Shown here one piece after another: positions 35,092 to 43,903 of a DNA stretch of 64,000 nt. Every line of letters begins with the position of its first letter. Within the stretch, counting starts at the first letter, position 1. The notes below the pieces were generated by a model. It was not told where the DNA came from. It saw nothing but the letters and a program-made list of their open reading frames with translations, and ran no database searches. A program made the translations under genes and the position numbers. Origin of the DNA: an uncultured Chloroflexia bacterium (GTDB taxonomy: Bacteria; Chloroflexota; Limnocylindria; Limnocylindrales; CSP1-4); the NCBI GenBank assembly GCA_963789905.1, contig CAWBMK010000007.1, forward strand, positions 72,747 to 136,746. Direction: 5' to 3'.

Positions 35092-36486
35092 GTGCGGTGT
35101 AACGTCCGCGAGATGGTCAGCGAGTCATCCCCGCGGCCCCCGGGCGTCGAGCGGTTGCTGAAGGCCGTGCGTCCGCTCGCCGGTCAGCGGGACGCCGACA
35201 TCCTCGTTCAGGCCACCCGGGCCGTCGTCGCGGACGAGCGCGATCGGCTTGCGCGGGGCGACGCACCCCGCCCGGTTGACGAACTCGCTGAGGCCGTTGT
35301 TGGTCGCCTTGACGCGGCGATGTCCGACGGATGGACGCCGATAATCAACGCTACCGGTGTGATCCTTCACACCAACCTGGGCCGGGCACCGTGGCCGGAC
35401 GCCGCCGTCGATGCCGCCCGGGCAGCGTCGGAGAATCTGTTCCTTGAGATGGACCGATCGTCGGGCCGGCGCGGGCCCCGATTCCGGGCTGCCGAGGAGC
35501 ACCTGATCGCCCTGACCGGGGCCGAGGATGCCCTCGTCACGAACAACAACGCGGCGGCAGTCGTGCTCGCCTGTCACCTTGCCGGTCGGCGTGGGATCGC
35601 CGTGGCCCGAGGCGAGCTCATCGAGATCGGCGGAGGAGTCCGGATCCCCGAGGTCGTTCGCCGCTCCGGTGCACGTCTCGTCGAGGTCGGCACGACCAAC
35701 AAGACCCGTGTGTCCGATTTCGAGGAGGTCCTCGCGGACGGTCGAGCTGCCGTCATCCTCCGGGTCCACGCCTCGAATTTCCGGATGAGTGGCTTCGTCG
35801 AAAGCCCCGACACGGCGGCGCTCGCCGCCATCGCGGCAGACCATGCCGCGATCGTCATCGACGACCTTGGCTCGGGTGCCCTGCTCGACACCGCGGCCTT
35901 CGGCCTGCCCCACGAACCGACGCCCATGGAACGGCTCCTGGCCGGGGCCGATCTCGTCACGTTCTCGGGCGACAAGCTCATCGGCGGGCCGCAGGCGGGC
36001 TTCATCGTCGGTCGGCGGGACCTCATCGCCCGGATCCGCAAGGACCCGCTGTCTCGGGCGATGCGACCGGACAAGGTGACGCTCGCCGCAGTCGCGGCCA
36101 CCCTGGCGATCTATGTCGCCGGAACGGCGACCCGGGAGATTCCAGTCTGGCGGATGATCGCCCAGTCGAGCGACGCGATCCGCGTCCGCGCGGAGTCGCT
36201 CTGTCGACGCCTCACGAAGCTCGGCCTTCCTGCCCTCCCGGTCCTTGTCGAGTCGACGATCGGCGGAGGCGCACTTCCTGAAGCGGTGCTTCCGTCGTGG
36301 GCGGTGGCTCTCTCGGACCCAAGCCCGGACCATCTGCTCGCGCGTCTCCGTGAGGGGATACCGGCCATCGTGGCGCGCATCGAGGCCGGCGCCGTCGTGC
36401 TCGACATGCGCACCGTCGACGAGCGGTGGGACGCCGAAGGTTCGCTGGCGGGTGCGCTGGTCCGCGCGCTGGGACGCGCTGGGTGA
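35092..36486 (+). CDS. selA: L-seryl-tRNA(Sec) selenium transferase
   Basis: VTNNNAAAVVLA...GELIEIGGGVRIPEV...FSGDKLIGGPQAGFIVGRRDLIARI aligns with E. coli SelA, including the PLP-Lys region (FSGDKL). Confidence 0.9.
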   Translation: MRCNVREMVSESSPRPPGVERLLKAVRPLAGQRDADILVQATRAVVADERDRLARGDAPRPVDELAEAVVGRLDAAMSDGWTPIINATGVILHTNLGRAPWPDAAVDAARAASENLFLEMDRSSGRRGPRFRAAEEHLIALTGAEDALVTNNNAAAVVLACHLAGRRGIAVARGELIEIGGGVRIPEVVRRSGARLVEVGTTNKTRVSDFEEVLADGRAAVILRVHASNFRMSGFVESPDTAALAAIAADHAAIVIDDLGSGALLDTAAFGLPHEPTPMERLLAGADLVTFSGDKLIGGPQAGFIVGRRDLIARIRKDPLSRAMRPDKVTLAAVAATLAIYVAGTATREIPVWRMIAQSSDAIRVRAESLCRRLTKLGLPALPVLVESTIGGGALPEAVLPSWAVALSDPSPDHLLARLREGIPAIVARIEAGAVVLDMRTVDERWDAEGSLAGALVRALGRAG

Positions 36487-38315
36487 CGGTCGTCATCGGG
36501 ACGGCCGGGCACATCGATCACGGCAAGACGACCCTGCTCCGGGCGCTCACCGGGATCGACGCCGATCGGCTCCCGGAGGAGAGGGCGCGGGGCATGACGA
36601 TCGATGTCGGTTATGCCCACATGACCCTCCCAGATGGCGACGTCCTCGACTTCGTCGACGTCCCAGGGCATGACCGGCTCATCGGAAACATGCTCGTCGG
36701 CGCCGCTGAGGTCGACGCCGCCCTGCTCGTGGTCGCGGCCGATGATGGGCCGCGGGCGCAGACGCATGAGCATCTCCGCCTCATCGATGCACTCGGCATC
36801 GACCACGGCATCGTCGTCATCACGAAGTCGGACCTCACCGGTCCCGGCGATCCGAGGACGATGTCGACCGAGCAGGCCGTCCGTGAGATCGTGGCCGGGA
36901 CAGGCCTGGCTCATTCACCCGTCATCGCCGTCTCTGCGTCGACTGGCAGTGGTCTCGACGAGTTGCGGACGGCACTTATCGATCTGCGCGATGCAGTCCG
37001 GCCCGAAGTCACCGCTCGAGAGGGCCCGGCGAGACTGGCCATCGATCGCATCTTCACGATCCGCGGCCACGGTGCGGTGGTGACCGGATCGCTACGCGGC
37101 GGCGCGTTCGAGACAGGCCAGGTCGTGCGGATCGAGCCCGGGCACAGGCGGGCACGAATCCGCGAGATCCAGAGCCGAAATGAGCCGACGAACCGGGCGA
37201 CCGGGGGTCGAACGGCGTTGAACCTTACGGGGGTCGATGCCGACCACTTGCATCGAGGCATGGTGATCGTCCCAGCGGACGACCTTCGCCTGGCCGTCAG
37301 CGATCGCCTGCTCGTGGTCCTCCGCTCACCTGCCCGGCGATCAACGGGCGCCTGGCGACTCCATCTCGGGACGGCCGAGGTCGGCGCCGAGCTCGGTCGT
37401 GGCCAGCGGGAGCACGCCGAGCTTGCGACCGGCGCCACGACGACGCTCCTGCGCCTCGATCGACCGGTCGCGATGGTGCTGGGCGATCGATTCGCCCTCC
37501 GGTCCAGCAGCGACACGACGGCCATCGGCGGCCGTGTCATCGATCCCGACCCGCCGCGTGGGCCGTCCCGCCGACGCGTCGACACGGATCGGCTCGCAGC
37601 GCTCGCGAACGCCGGGACCTGGGACGAACGCGACGCCGCCCGACTCGACCTGCATGGCTCGCTCGTCGCGGTCGCTGGGTCGGTCAGGCTGGCCCCGGAC
37701 GTCGAAGCCGGGATCGATGCGGCCGCCATCGCGGCAGTCCGCGACCATCACGTCAACGAGCCCGACTCGGCCGGACTCTCCGTCGCCGATATCCGGCCCC
37801 TGCTCGCCAGAGCGCTGCGTCGCCGGGTGACGATCGATGCCCGTGCGGCAGGCGCGGCGATCGAGGCGCGCCTTGGCGGTCTCGTCGCGACAGGGCGGCT
37901 GGCCCGGGACGGCGACCGCCTTCGCGACCCATCGCGCCCAGCCGGCACGCCGGCCGTCGTCCTCGCGGCCATGGATCGGCTGGAGACCCGGTTGGCGGTC
38001 CATTCCCCGCCGCCGCTCGCCGAGGCCGCGCGTGAGGCTGGCTGTCCGTCGGACGGTGTCAGGGCCCTTGAGAATGCCGGCCGCATCGTCCGACTCGAGC
38101 CGGATCTCGCCTATGCGTCATCGACATTCCGGGAGCTCGAAGCCCTGGCAGTGTCTATGGCCCGGGCGGGTCCGCTCACGCCGGCGGCGTACCGCGACGC
38201 CACGGACACCTCGCGACGCTACGTCATGGCCCTCCTCGAGGAGTTCGATCGACGGGGCGTGCTCCGGAGGACGGATGCCGGTCGCGTGCCGGGTCCGCGG
38301 GCCGCGGCGACGTGA
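36483..38315 (+). CDS. selB: Selenocysteine-specific translation elongation factor
   Basis: GTG start (GTGA overlap with the selA stop). VIGTAGHIDHGKTTLLRALTGIDADRLPEERARGMTIDVGYA...DVPGHDRL is a near-identical motif order to E. coli SelB. The C-terminal winged-helix region is present. Confidence 0.9.
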   Translation: MTVVIGTAGHIDHGKTTLLRALTGIDADRLPEERARGMTIDVGYAHMTLPDGDVLDFVDVPGHDRLIGNMLVGAAEVDAALLVVAADDGPRAQTHEHLRLIDALGIDHGIVVITKSDLTGPGDPRTMSTEQAVREIVAGTGLAHSPVIAVSASTGSGLDELRTALIDLRDAVRPEVTAREGPARLAIDRIFTIRGHGAVVTGSLRGGAFETGQVVRIEPGHRRARIREIQSRNEPTNRATGGRTALNLTGVDADHLHRGMVIVPADDLRLAVSDRLLVVLRSPARRSTGAWRLHLGTAEVGAELGRGQREHAELATGATTTLLRLDRPVAMVLGDRFALRSSSDTTAIGGRVIDPDPPRGPSRRRVDTDRLAALANAGTWDERDAARLDLHGSLVAVAGSVRLAPDVEAGIDAAAIAAVRDHHVNEPDSAGLSVADIRPLLARALRRRVTIDARAAGAAIEARLGGLVATGRLARDGDRLRDPSRPAGTPAVVLAAMDRLETRLAVHSPPPLAEAAREAGCPSDGVRALENAGRIVRLEPDLAYASSTFRELEALAVSMARAGPLTPAAYRDATDTSRRYVMALLEEFDRRGVLRRTDAGRVPGPRAAAT

Positions 38316-38884
38316 CGGTGTCCGCCATCGTCCTGGCGGGTGGTCGATCGTCGCGGTTCGGTCGCGACAAGCTTGCCGAGCCGCTCGATGGCCGACCGCT
38401 GCTTGCCCATGCGGTCGGGGTCGTCCAGGCGATCGCCGACGACGTCGTCGTCGTTCTCGCGCCGGACGCACCCGAGCCGAGCCTGGCGGGCGTTCGCTTC
38501 GCTCGCGATCCTGAGCCATTCGGCGGCCCGCTCGTCGGCCTCCTCGCCGGCCTCGAGGTGGTGACCGAGGAGACCGTCCTCGTCGTCGCCGGGGATATGC
38601 CTTCTCTCGACCCGGGCGTGTTGCGGCTGGTCATCGAGTGCCTCGACGGTGTCCAGGCGAGCGCGCTTCTCGACGGCGAGACCATCCGCCCACTCCCGGC
38701 GGCATTCCTGCGCTCTGCCGCACGAGCGGCGGGGTTGCGACTCCGCGATACCGGCGAGCGCAGCCTGCGCGCCCTCTTTGGCGAGATTGTGGTCCGGACG
38801 ATCCCCGACACGGCATGGCGTGCCCTCGACCCGACAGCCGTCACGCTGCGTGACATCGATCGTCCGTCCGATCTTCCGGCCTAG
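38312..38884 (+). CDS. mobA: Molybdenum cofactor guanylyltransferase
   Basis: GTG start overlapping the selB stop. AIVLAGGRSSRFGRDKL and VVAGDMP motifs. Confidence 0.8.
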   Translation: MTVSAIVLAGGRSSRFGRDKLAEPLDGRPLLAHAVGVVQAIADDVVVVLAPDAPEPSLAGVRFARDPEPFGGPLVGLLAGLEVVTEETVLVVAGDMPSLDPGVLRLVIECLDGVQASALLDGETIRPLPAAFLRSAARAAGLRLRDTGERSLRALFGEIVVRTIPDTAWRALDPTAVTLRDIDRPSDLPA

Positions 38885-38894
38885 GATAGGGACG

Positions 38895-39977
38895 ATGGAT
38901 CCGCAGATTCGGGCGATGTTCAGGCCGGCGGAGGGCACCGCCTATCTCGATTCGGCGACCTATGGCCTCCCTCCTGAGGCCACGACTCGGGCGATGCGGG
39001 CTGCGGTCGATGCCTGGCAGGCGGGCACCGCCGACTGGGTGTCCGACTGGGATCGGCCGGCAGAGGCGGCTCGCGAATCGTTCGCCCGGATCGTCGGCGT
39101 AGCGCCCGGCGCTGTGGCATTCATTCCGTCCGTGTCGGTCGGCGTGGGCATCGTCGCTTCGACCCTCGGACCTGGCGATGACGTCGTCGTACCGACCGAT
39201 GAGTTCCGCTCCGTCCTGTTCCCGCTGCTCGTCGCCCGCGAGCGAGGCGCCCATATCCGCGAGGTGCCGCTCGAGTCCATCGCCGAGGAGATCCGCCCGG
39301 GTACGACATTGGTCGCCGCGACGGTGGTCCAGATGCAATCCGGCCGCGTCGTCGACGTCGAGGCGATCGTCGCGCGAGCCAACGCCGTAGGCGCCCGGGT
39401 CCTTCTCGATGCGACCCACGCCATCCCGTTCGTCCCGCTCCAGGAGGTGGCCGCCCGCGCGGACTATCTCGTCGCGGCGGCCTACAAGCATCTCCTGTGC
39501 CCCCGCGGTGTGGCCTTCATGACCGTCCGACCGGACCGCTTGCTGGAGCTGCCGGCGCACAACGCGAACTGGCGCACCTCGGAGCGGCCGTTTGACACCT
39601 TCTTCGGTGGCCCCCTGGCGCTGCCGGAGACCGCGTCGCGGCTCGATGTGTCGCTGGCCTGGATCCCCTGGATCGCGGCGGTCGAATCGTTGCGGTTGAT
39701 CGCCGATTGGTCGGCATCCGGCGCGCTCGACGAGCCGGTCGTGCTGGCGCGGGCGATGGCCGAGGAGCTCGGCCTGAGGTGGGGCGGAGCGAGCCTCGTC
39801 TGTGCGCCGGTCGCCGACGGAGAGGCCGTCAGGCGCGCGCTCCGGGATGTCGGTGTCAAGGCCGCCGTTCGCGGCACCGCGATCCGCCTCTCGACCCACG
39901 TCTACAACGATCGAGCCGATATCGATCGCGCGGTCGCCGCCCTGGCGCCGTTCGTCGGTGCGCCGGAATTCGCATGA
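38895..39977 (+). CDS. Class V aminotransferase-fold PLP enzyme (cysteine desulfurase / selenocysteine lyase-like)
   Basis: 360 aa with a PLP-Lys context AAYKHLLCPRGVAFM. Start at MDPQIRAMF (ATG 38895). Confidence 0.65.
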   Translation: MDPQIRAMFRPAEGTAYLDSATYGLPPEATTRAMRAAVDAWQAGTADWVSDWDRPAEAARESFARIVGVAPGAVAFIPSVSVGVGIVASTLGPGDDVVVPTDEFRSVLFPLLVARERGAHIREVPLESIAEEIRPGTTLVAATVVQMQSGRVVDVEAIVARANAVGARVLLDATHAIPFVPLQEVAARADYLVAAAYKHLLCPRGVAFMTVRPDRLLELPAHNANWRTSERPFDTFFGGPLALPETASRLDVSLAWIPWIAAVESLRLIADWSASGALDEPVVLARAMAEELGLRWGGASLVCAPVADGEAVRRALRDVGVKAAVRGTAIRLSTHVYNDRADIDRAVAALAPFVGAPEFA

Positions 39978-40531
39978 CGACGTCCGTCGATCTGCTCCAC
40001 GCCGGCTACATCCGCGACGACGGCAGCCGCGTCGCCAGCAGCGTCAGCCTCATCCGCGACGGCGACGCCATCCTCGTGGCCGATCCCGGCATGGTGGCCG
40101 ACCGCTCGCTCATCATCGATCCGCTGAACGCGCTGGGAGTCGATCCGGCGGCCGTCACTCACGTCTGGATCAGCCACCATCACCCCGACCACACGATGAA
40201 CATCGCCCTGTTCCCGAACGCCGAGGTCATCGACTTCTGGGCCCGCTATCGCGACGATCTGTGGCTCGATCACGACGGCGACGGCTACCGGATCACGCCC
40301 CATGCCCAACTGTGGCTGACGCCGGGGCACACGGAAGAGGACACGGCTCTCATCGTCGAGGCGGACGACGGCGTGTACGCACTGACCCACCTCTGGTGGC
40401 GGCCGGATCGGTCGCCGACGATCGATCCAGTCGCCGCCGACCAGGCGGCTCTCGAGCGCGCGCGGGAGCGCGTCCTCGCGGTCGCCGACATCGTCATCCC
40501 GGGCCACGGGGACCTGTTCCGAGTCCGCTGA
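39974..40531 (+). CDS. MBL-fold metallo-hydrolase
   Basis: HxHxDH motif (WISHHHPDHTMN). The ATG overlaps the upstream stop (ATGA). Confidence 0.7.
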   Translation: MTTSVDLLHAGYIRDDGSRVASSVSLIRDGDAILVADPGMVADRSLIIDPLNALGVDPAAVTHVWISHHHPDHTMNIALFPNAEVIDFWARYRDDLWLDHDGDGYRITPHAQLWLTPGHTEEDTALIVEADDGVYALTHLWWRPDRSPTIDPVAADQAALERARERVLAVADIVIPGHGDLFRVR

Positions 40532-40538
40532 CCAGTGG

Positions 40539-41282
40539 TCAGGCGGCGCGTGTCGCGTCGATGTTGAGTCGGACGTAGTCGATCATCGGTTCGCCGAGCA
40601 GGGTCGCCACATCGTGTACGAAGGCTGGGCGTTCGTCCGCCGGCAGGCGTTCGAGGTGCGGACCGAGGACCACGGTCGCAAGGAAGCTCTCAAACGGCTC
40701 ACCAGGTTCGAAGGCGGTGGTCTCCGCCGTGAGCCAGCAGCGGATATGGTCGAACCCGGCATTCGCGAGGCGGCTCTCGGTCGCTTCCGCCGTCTGGAAG
40801 TGAGCCGGGCCGAGCCACCCGTCGCCGATGCCCGCGAGGACCGCCATGACCCGAGTGACGTTGCCGGCGCCGCCGCACTGGGCGGCCAGCCGGCCCCCCG
40901 GCCGAAGGACGGCGGCCAGATTGCGGAAGAGGGCATCGTGGTCGGGCACCCAATGGAACGTCGCTGTCGATAGCACAGCGTCAACTGGTCCGGGCAGCGG
41001 CAATGTCTCGCTGAGGTCGGCGACGACATACGAGACGCGGTCGCCGAAACGGCCGAGGCGTTCGCGAGCGGATTCGATCATCGATGGTGATCCATCCAGG
41101 GCGATGACATGCCCCGCCCCGAGCCGCTCGCATAGAAGCTCTGTCACACGACCCGATCCGCAGCCGGCATCGAGCACGGTCTCGGTTCCGACGAGCGCCA
41201 GCCGATCGAGGACCGCTGATCCCCAGCGCGTCTGTGGATCGGAGACTCGGTCGTATGTCGTGGCATCCCAGTCTCGGGTCAT
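40539..41282 (-). CDS. Class I SAM-dependent methyltransferase (trans-aconitate methyltransferase-like)
   Basis: VLDAGCGSGRVTELL motif I. Start at MTRDWDATTYDR. Confidence 0.7.
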   Translation of the reverse strand: MTRDWDATTYDRVSDPQTRWGSAVLDRLALVGTETVLDAGCGSGRVTELLCERLGAGHVIALDGSPSMIESARERLGRFGDRVSYVVADLSETLPLPGPVDAVLSTATFHWVPDHDALFRNLAAVLRPGGRLAAQCGGAGNVTRVMAVLAGIGDGWLGPAHFQTAEATESRLANAGFDHIRCWLTAETTAFEPGEPFESFLATVVLGPHLERLPADERPAFVHDVATLLGEPMIDYVRLNIDATRAA

Positions 41283-41393
41283 TCGTGCTCCGTGTCCTCC
41301 GGCCGACACCATTGACCGTCGCTGCTATCGCCGCCAGTGTCGCAGCGGGCTGTCGAAACGGGCAAGGACGGCGCGCCACTAAAATCCCGGGCA

Positions 41394-42101
41394 ATGATTG
41401 GGCCTATCGCCTTGGTCGGGTCGGGCGAATTCCTCCCCCCGATGGCGGAATTCGATCGACTCCTGCTCGAGGCGTCCGGCGCTGCGCGGCCGCGCGTCGC
41501 GATCCTGCCGACGGCCTCATGGCCAGACGGCGAGGAGACGTTCTGGCGCTGGGCCGAGATGGGAGTCGAGCATTTTCGTTCGCTCGGCGCGGAGGTCGAG
41601 GCGGTGCCCGTCAGCGATCACGCGGCGGCCTGCGATCCCGCCTACGCCCAGGCGGTTGGAGAAGCCGACCTGATCTACATGTCGGGCGGCAAACCCGACC
41701 ACCTTCTTGACACCCTCGACGGTTCCGCGGTCTGGGCTGCGGCGCGCGCGGCGAACGACCGGGGCGCGGTCATCGCCGGCTGCTCGGCCGGGGCAATGGT
41801 CCTCGCCGATCGTCAGCCGCGCTTCAGGCGGGTGACCTTGCCGTTCCCGCTGCGCTGGCGTGAGTCACTCGGCGTTGTCGGGGCCGCCGCGATCCTGCCC
41901 CACTACGACAGCGTGCCCGAGACGCTCTGGGCGATCTTCGCGCTGCAGGCGCCGGAGGGCGTGGCGATCGTCGGGATCGACGACGATACGGCCTTCCTCG
42001 GGCGTGGCGGCGCGTGGCAGGTCCACGGCAGCGGCCGGGTCACGATCTGGCACGGTCGGCGACGGTCACGTCACCGAGCCGGCGACTGCGTGACCCTCTA
42101 G
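41394..42101 (+). CDS. Peptidase S51 / cyanophycinase-like (type 1 glutamine-amidotransferase-like fold)
   Basis: IALVGSGEF...YMSGGKPDHL...GCSAGAM. Start chosen at MIGPIALVG. Confidence 0.6.
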   Translation: MIGPIALVGSGEFLPPMAEFDRLLLEASGAARPRVAILPTASWPDGEETFWRWAEMGVEHFRSLGAEVEAVPVSDHAAACDPAYAQAVGEADLIYMSGGKPDHLLDTLDGSAVWAAARAANDRGAVIAGCSAGAMVLADRQPRFRRVTLPFPLRWRESLGVVGAAAILPHYDSVPETLWAIFALQAPEGVAIVGIDDDTAFLGRGGAWQVHGSGRVTIWHGRRRSRHRAGDCVTL

Positions 42102-42128
42102 GGTCGCGCGACGGGTCAGACCGCCGGG

Positions 42129-42476
42129 TCAGACCGCGTCGGGCTTCTCGAGCCTGTAGCAGTCGGAGCAGTAGACGGGCTTGTCCATGCGCGGCTTGAA
42201 GGGCACCTGGGCCTGGTTCCCGCATCGGGTGCAGATCGCCGCGAAGTACTCGCGGGCCGGACGACTGTCCGCCCGTTCGTAGCCCCGGGGTCCGCCGTAG
42301 ACCGTCATGTCGTAGCCCGACTCGCGGGCCTGGCGACGGCTGGCGCGGCACGACGCGCAGCGTTTCGGGTCGGAGGCGAAGCCCTTCTCCGCGTAGAACT
42401 CCTGATCTGCGGCCGAGTGGATGAACTCGACGCTGCAGTCGACGCAGACGATCGTTCGGTCGGTGTAGGTGACCAT
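42129..42476 (-). CDS. Zinc-ribbon domain protein
   Basis: 115 aa with CxxC...CxxC pairs at both ends (CVDC...CASC ; CTRC...CSDC). Confidence 0.5.
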   Translation of the reverse strand: MVTYTDRTIVCVDCSVEFIHSAADQEFYAEKGFASDPKRCASCRASRRQARESGYDMTVYGGPRGYERADSRPAREYFAAICTRCGNQAQVPFKPRMDKPVYCSDCYRLEKPDAV

Positions 42477-42739
42477 TACTCTCCCAGGCGCGTGGCGCGA
42501 TGCGGGGCGTGCCCGTGGATACCTCGACGACCGGGGAGGGTCGGTCTTGGGGGAGGCCGGGCCCGGGCTCGGTGCCGTCGTTGTGGTGCCCGGTCAGGCT
42601 CGCCGGTCCAGTGTTGATGGGCAGGATACCACCGATGATCCCGGCCAGCCCGCGGACCACGGGACCGGGGCCAGCCGGGCACCTCGAGATGTCACAATGA
42701 CCACCCGAAGAGACCGCTGACTGGAGGCAAGAAGCGCGC

Positions 42740-43903
42740 GTGCTGCGACTCGTCCATACGGCGGACGTCCACCTCGGTGCCCGACATGCCGACATGGGCG
42801 AACGGGCCACTGCGCAGCGCGAGCGTCAGTGGACCGCGTTCCGGGTGACGGTCGATCTGGCGATCACCGAGCATGCCGATCTCCTCCTCGTCGCTGGCGA
42901 CCTGTTCGACTCGAACACCCAGCCACGACGGACCGTCGAGGCCGTCGCCGCCGAGCTGCGACGCCTTGCCGATGCCCGGATCCGAACGGTGATGATCCCC
43001 GGAACGCACGACGTCTACGACCGTTCGTCGGTCTACCGCGCCCATGATCTTGCCGCCCTGGCCGGACATCCCTCCGGCGACTTCGTCACCGTCCTGACGC
43101 CCGACCGACCGGAGGTCCATCTCGAGGCCATCGATGCCGTGATCTTCGGACGCGTCTTCGACACGAAACGAGCCCCACGCTCGCCACTCGCGGGCTTCTC
43201 GGCGAAGGATGAGAAGCGTGCGACGTGGCGCATCGGCATGATCCATGGGTCGCTCTCGATCCCGGGTCAGACAGACGCCGACGAGGTCGTCTTCAGTCGC
43301 GAAGAGGTGGCCGCGTCGGGGCTCGACTACCTCGCCCTCGGCCACTGGCACGGCTTCCAGCAGTGGTCCGCCGGCGCCACCTCGTTCGCCTACTCCGGCG
43401 CACCGGAACCTGTAGCCGTTGACCAGGACAAGGCCGGCAGAGTCCTCGTCGTGACCCTCGATGGCGAGGGCGAAAGTCGAACCGTCAAGATCTCGCAACG
43501 CGTCGTCGGCCGGACCCGGTTCGAGGCCGAGACCATCGATGCGGCATCGATCGGTGGCCAGCCCGAGCTGATCGAGCGGCTTGGTCGGAAGGCGGACCCG
43601 GACCTCATCCTCGATGTCGTGATCGATGGCGTCCGTCGCGACGAGCTCGATATCGACCCATCCGAGGTCGAAGCGGCGCTGCGCGAGGGGCTGCTGGGCG
43701 TCCGAGTTCGCGACCGTAGTGTCCCGGCGCTCACCGACGGGCCCCTGCCCCCCGAGGACACGATCGTCGGCGCGTTCCTTCGTGACCTGGAGGGACGGAT
43801 CCGAGAGGCCGATGCCGGTCGTCGGGCCGACGAGGCCTCGGAATTGCGGGAGGCACTCAGGCTCGGGCGCCTGCTGCTGGCGGGCCACGAGGTGACGCTG
43901 TGA
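42740..43903 (+). CDS. Mre11/SbcD-like metallophosphoesterase nuclease
   Basis: HTADVHLG...LLVAGDLFD...GTHD...GHWH calcineurin-like phosphoesterase motifs. Confidence 0.75.
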   Translation: MLRLVHTADVHLGARHADMGERATAQRERQWTAFRVTVDLAITEHADLLLVAGDLFDSNTQPRRTVEAVAAELRRLADARIRTVMIPGTHDVYDRSSVYRAHDLAALAGHPSGDFVTVLTPDRPEVHLEAIDAVIFGRVFDTKRAPRSPLAGFSAKDEKRATWRIGMIHGSLSIPGQTDADEVVFSREEVAASGLDYLALGHWHGFQQWSAGATSFAYSGAPEPVAVDQDKAGRVLVVTLDGEGESRTVKISQRVVGRTRFEAETIDAASIGGQPELIERLGRKADPDLILDVVIDGVRRDELDIDPSEVEAALREGLLGVRVRDRSVPALTDGPLPPEDTIVGAFLRDLEGRIREADAGRRADEASELREALRLGRLLLAGHEVTL

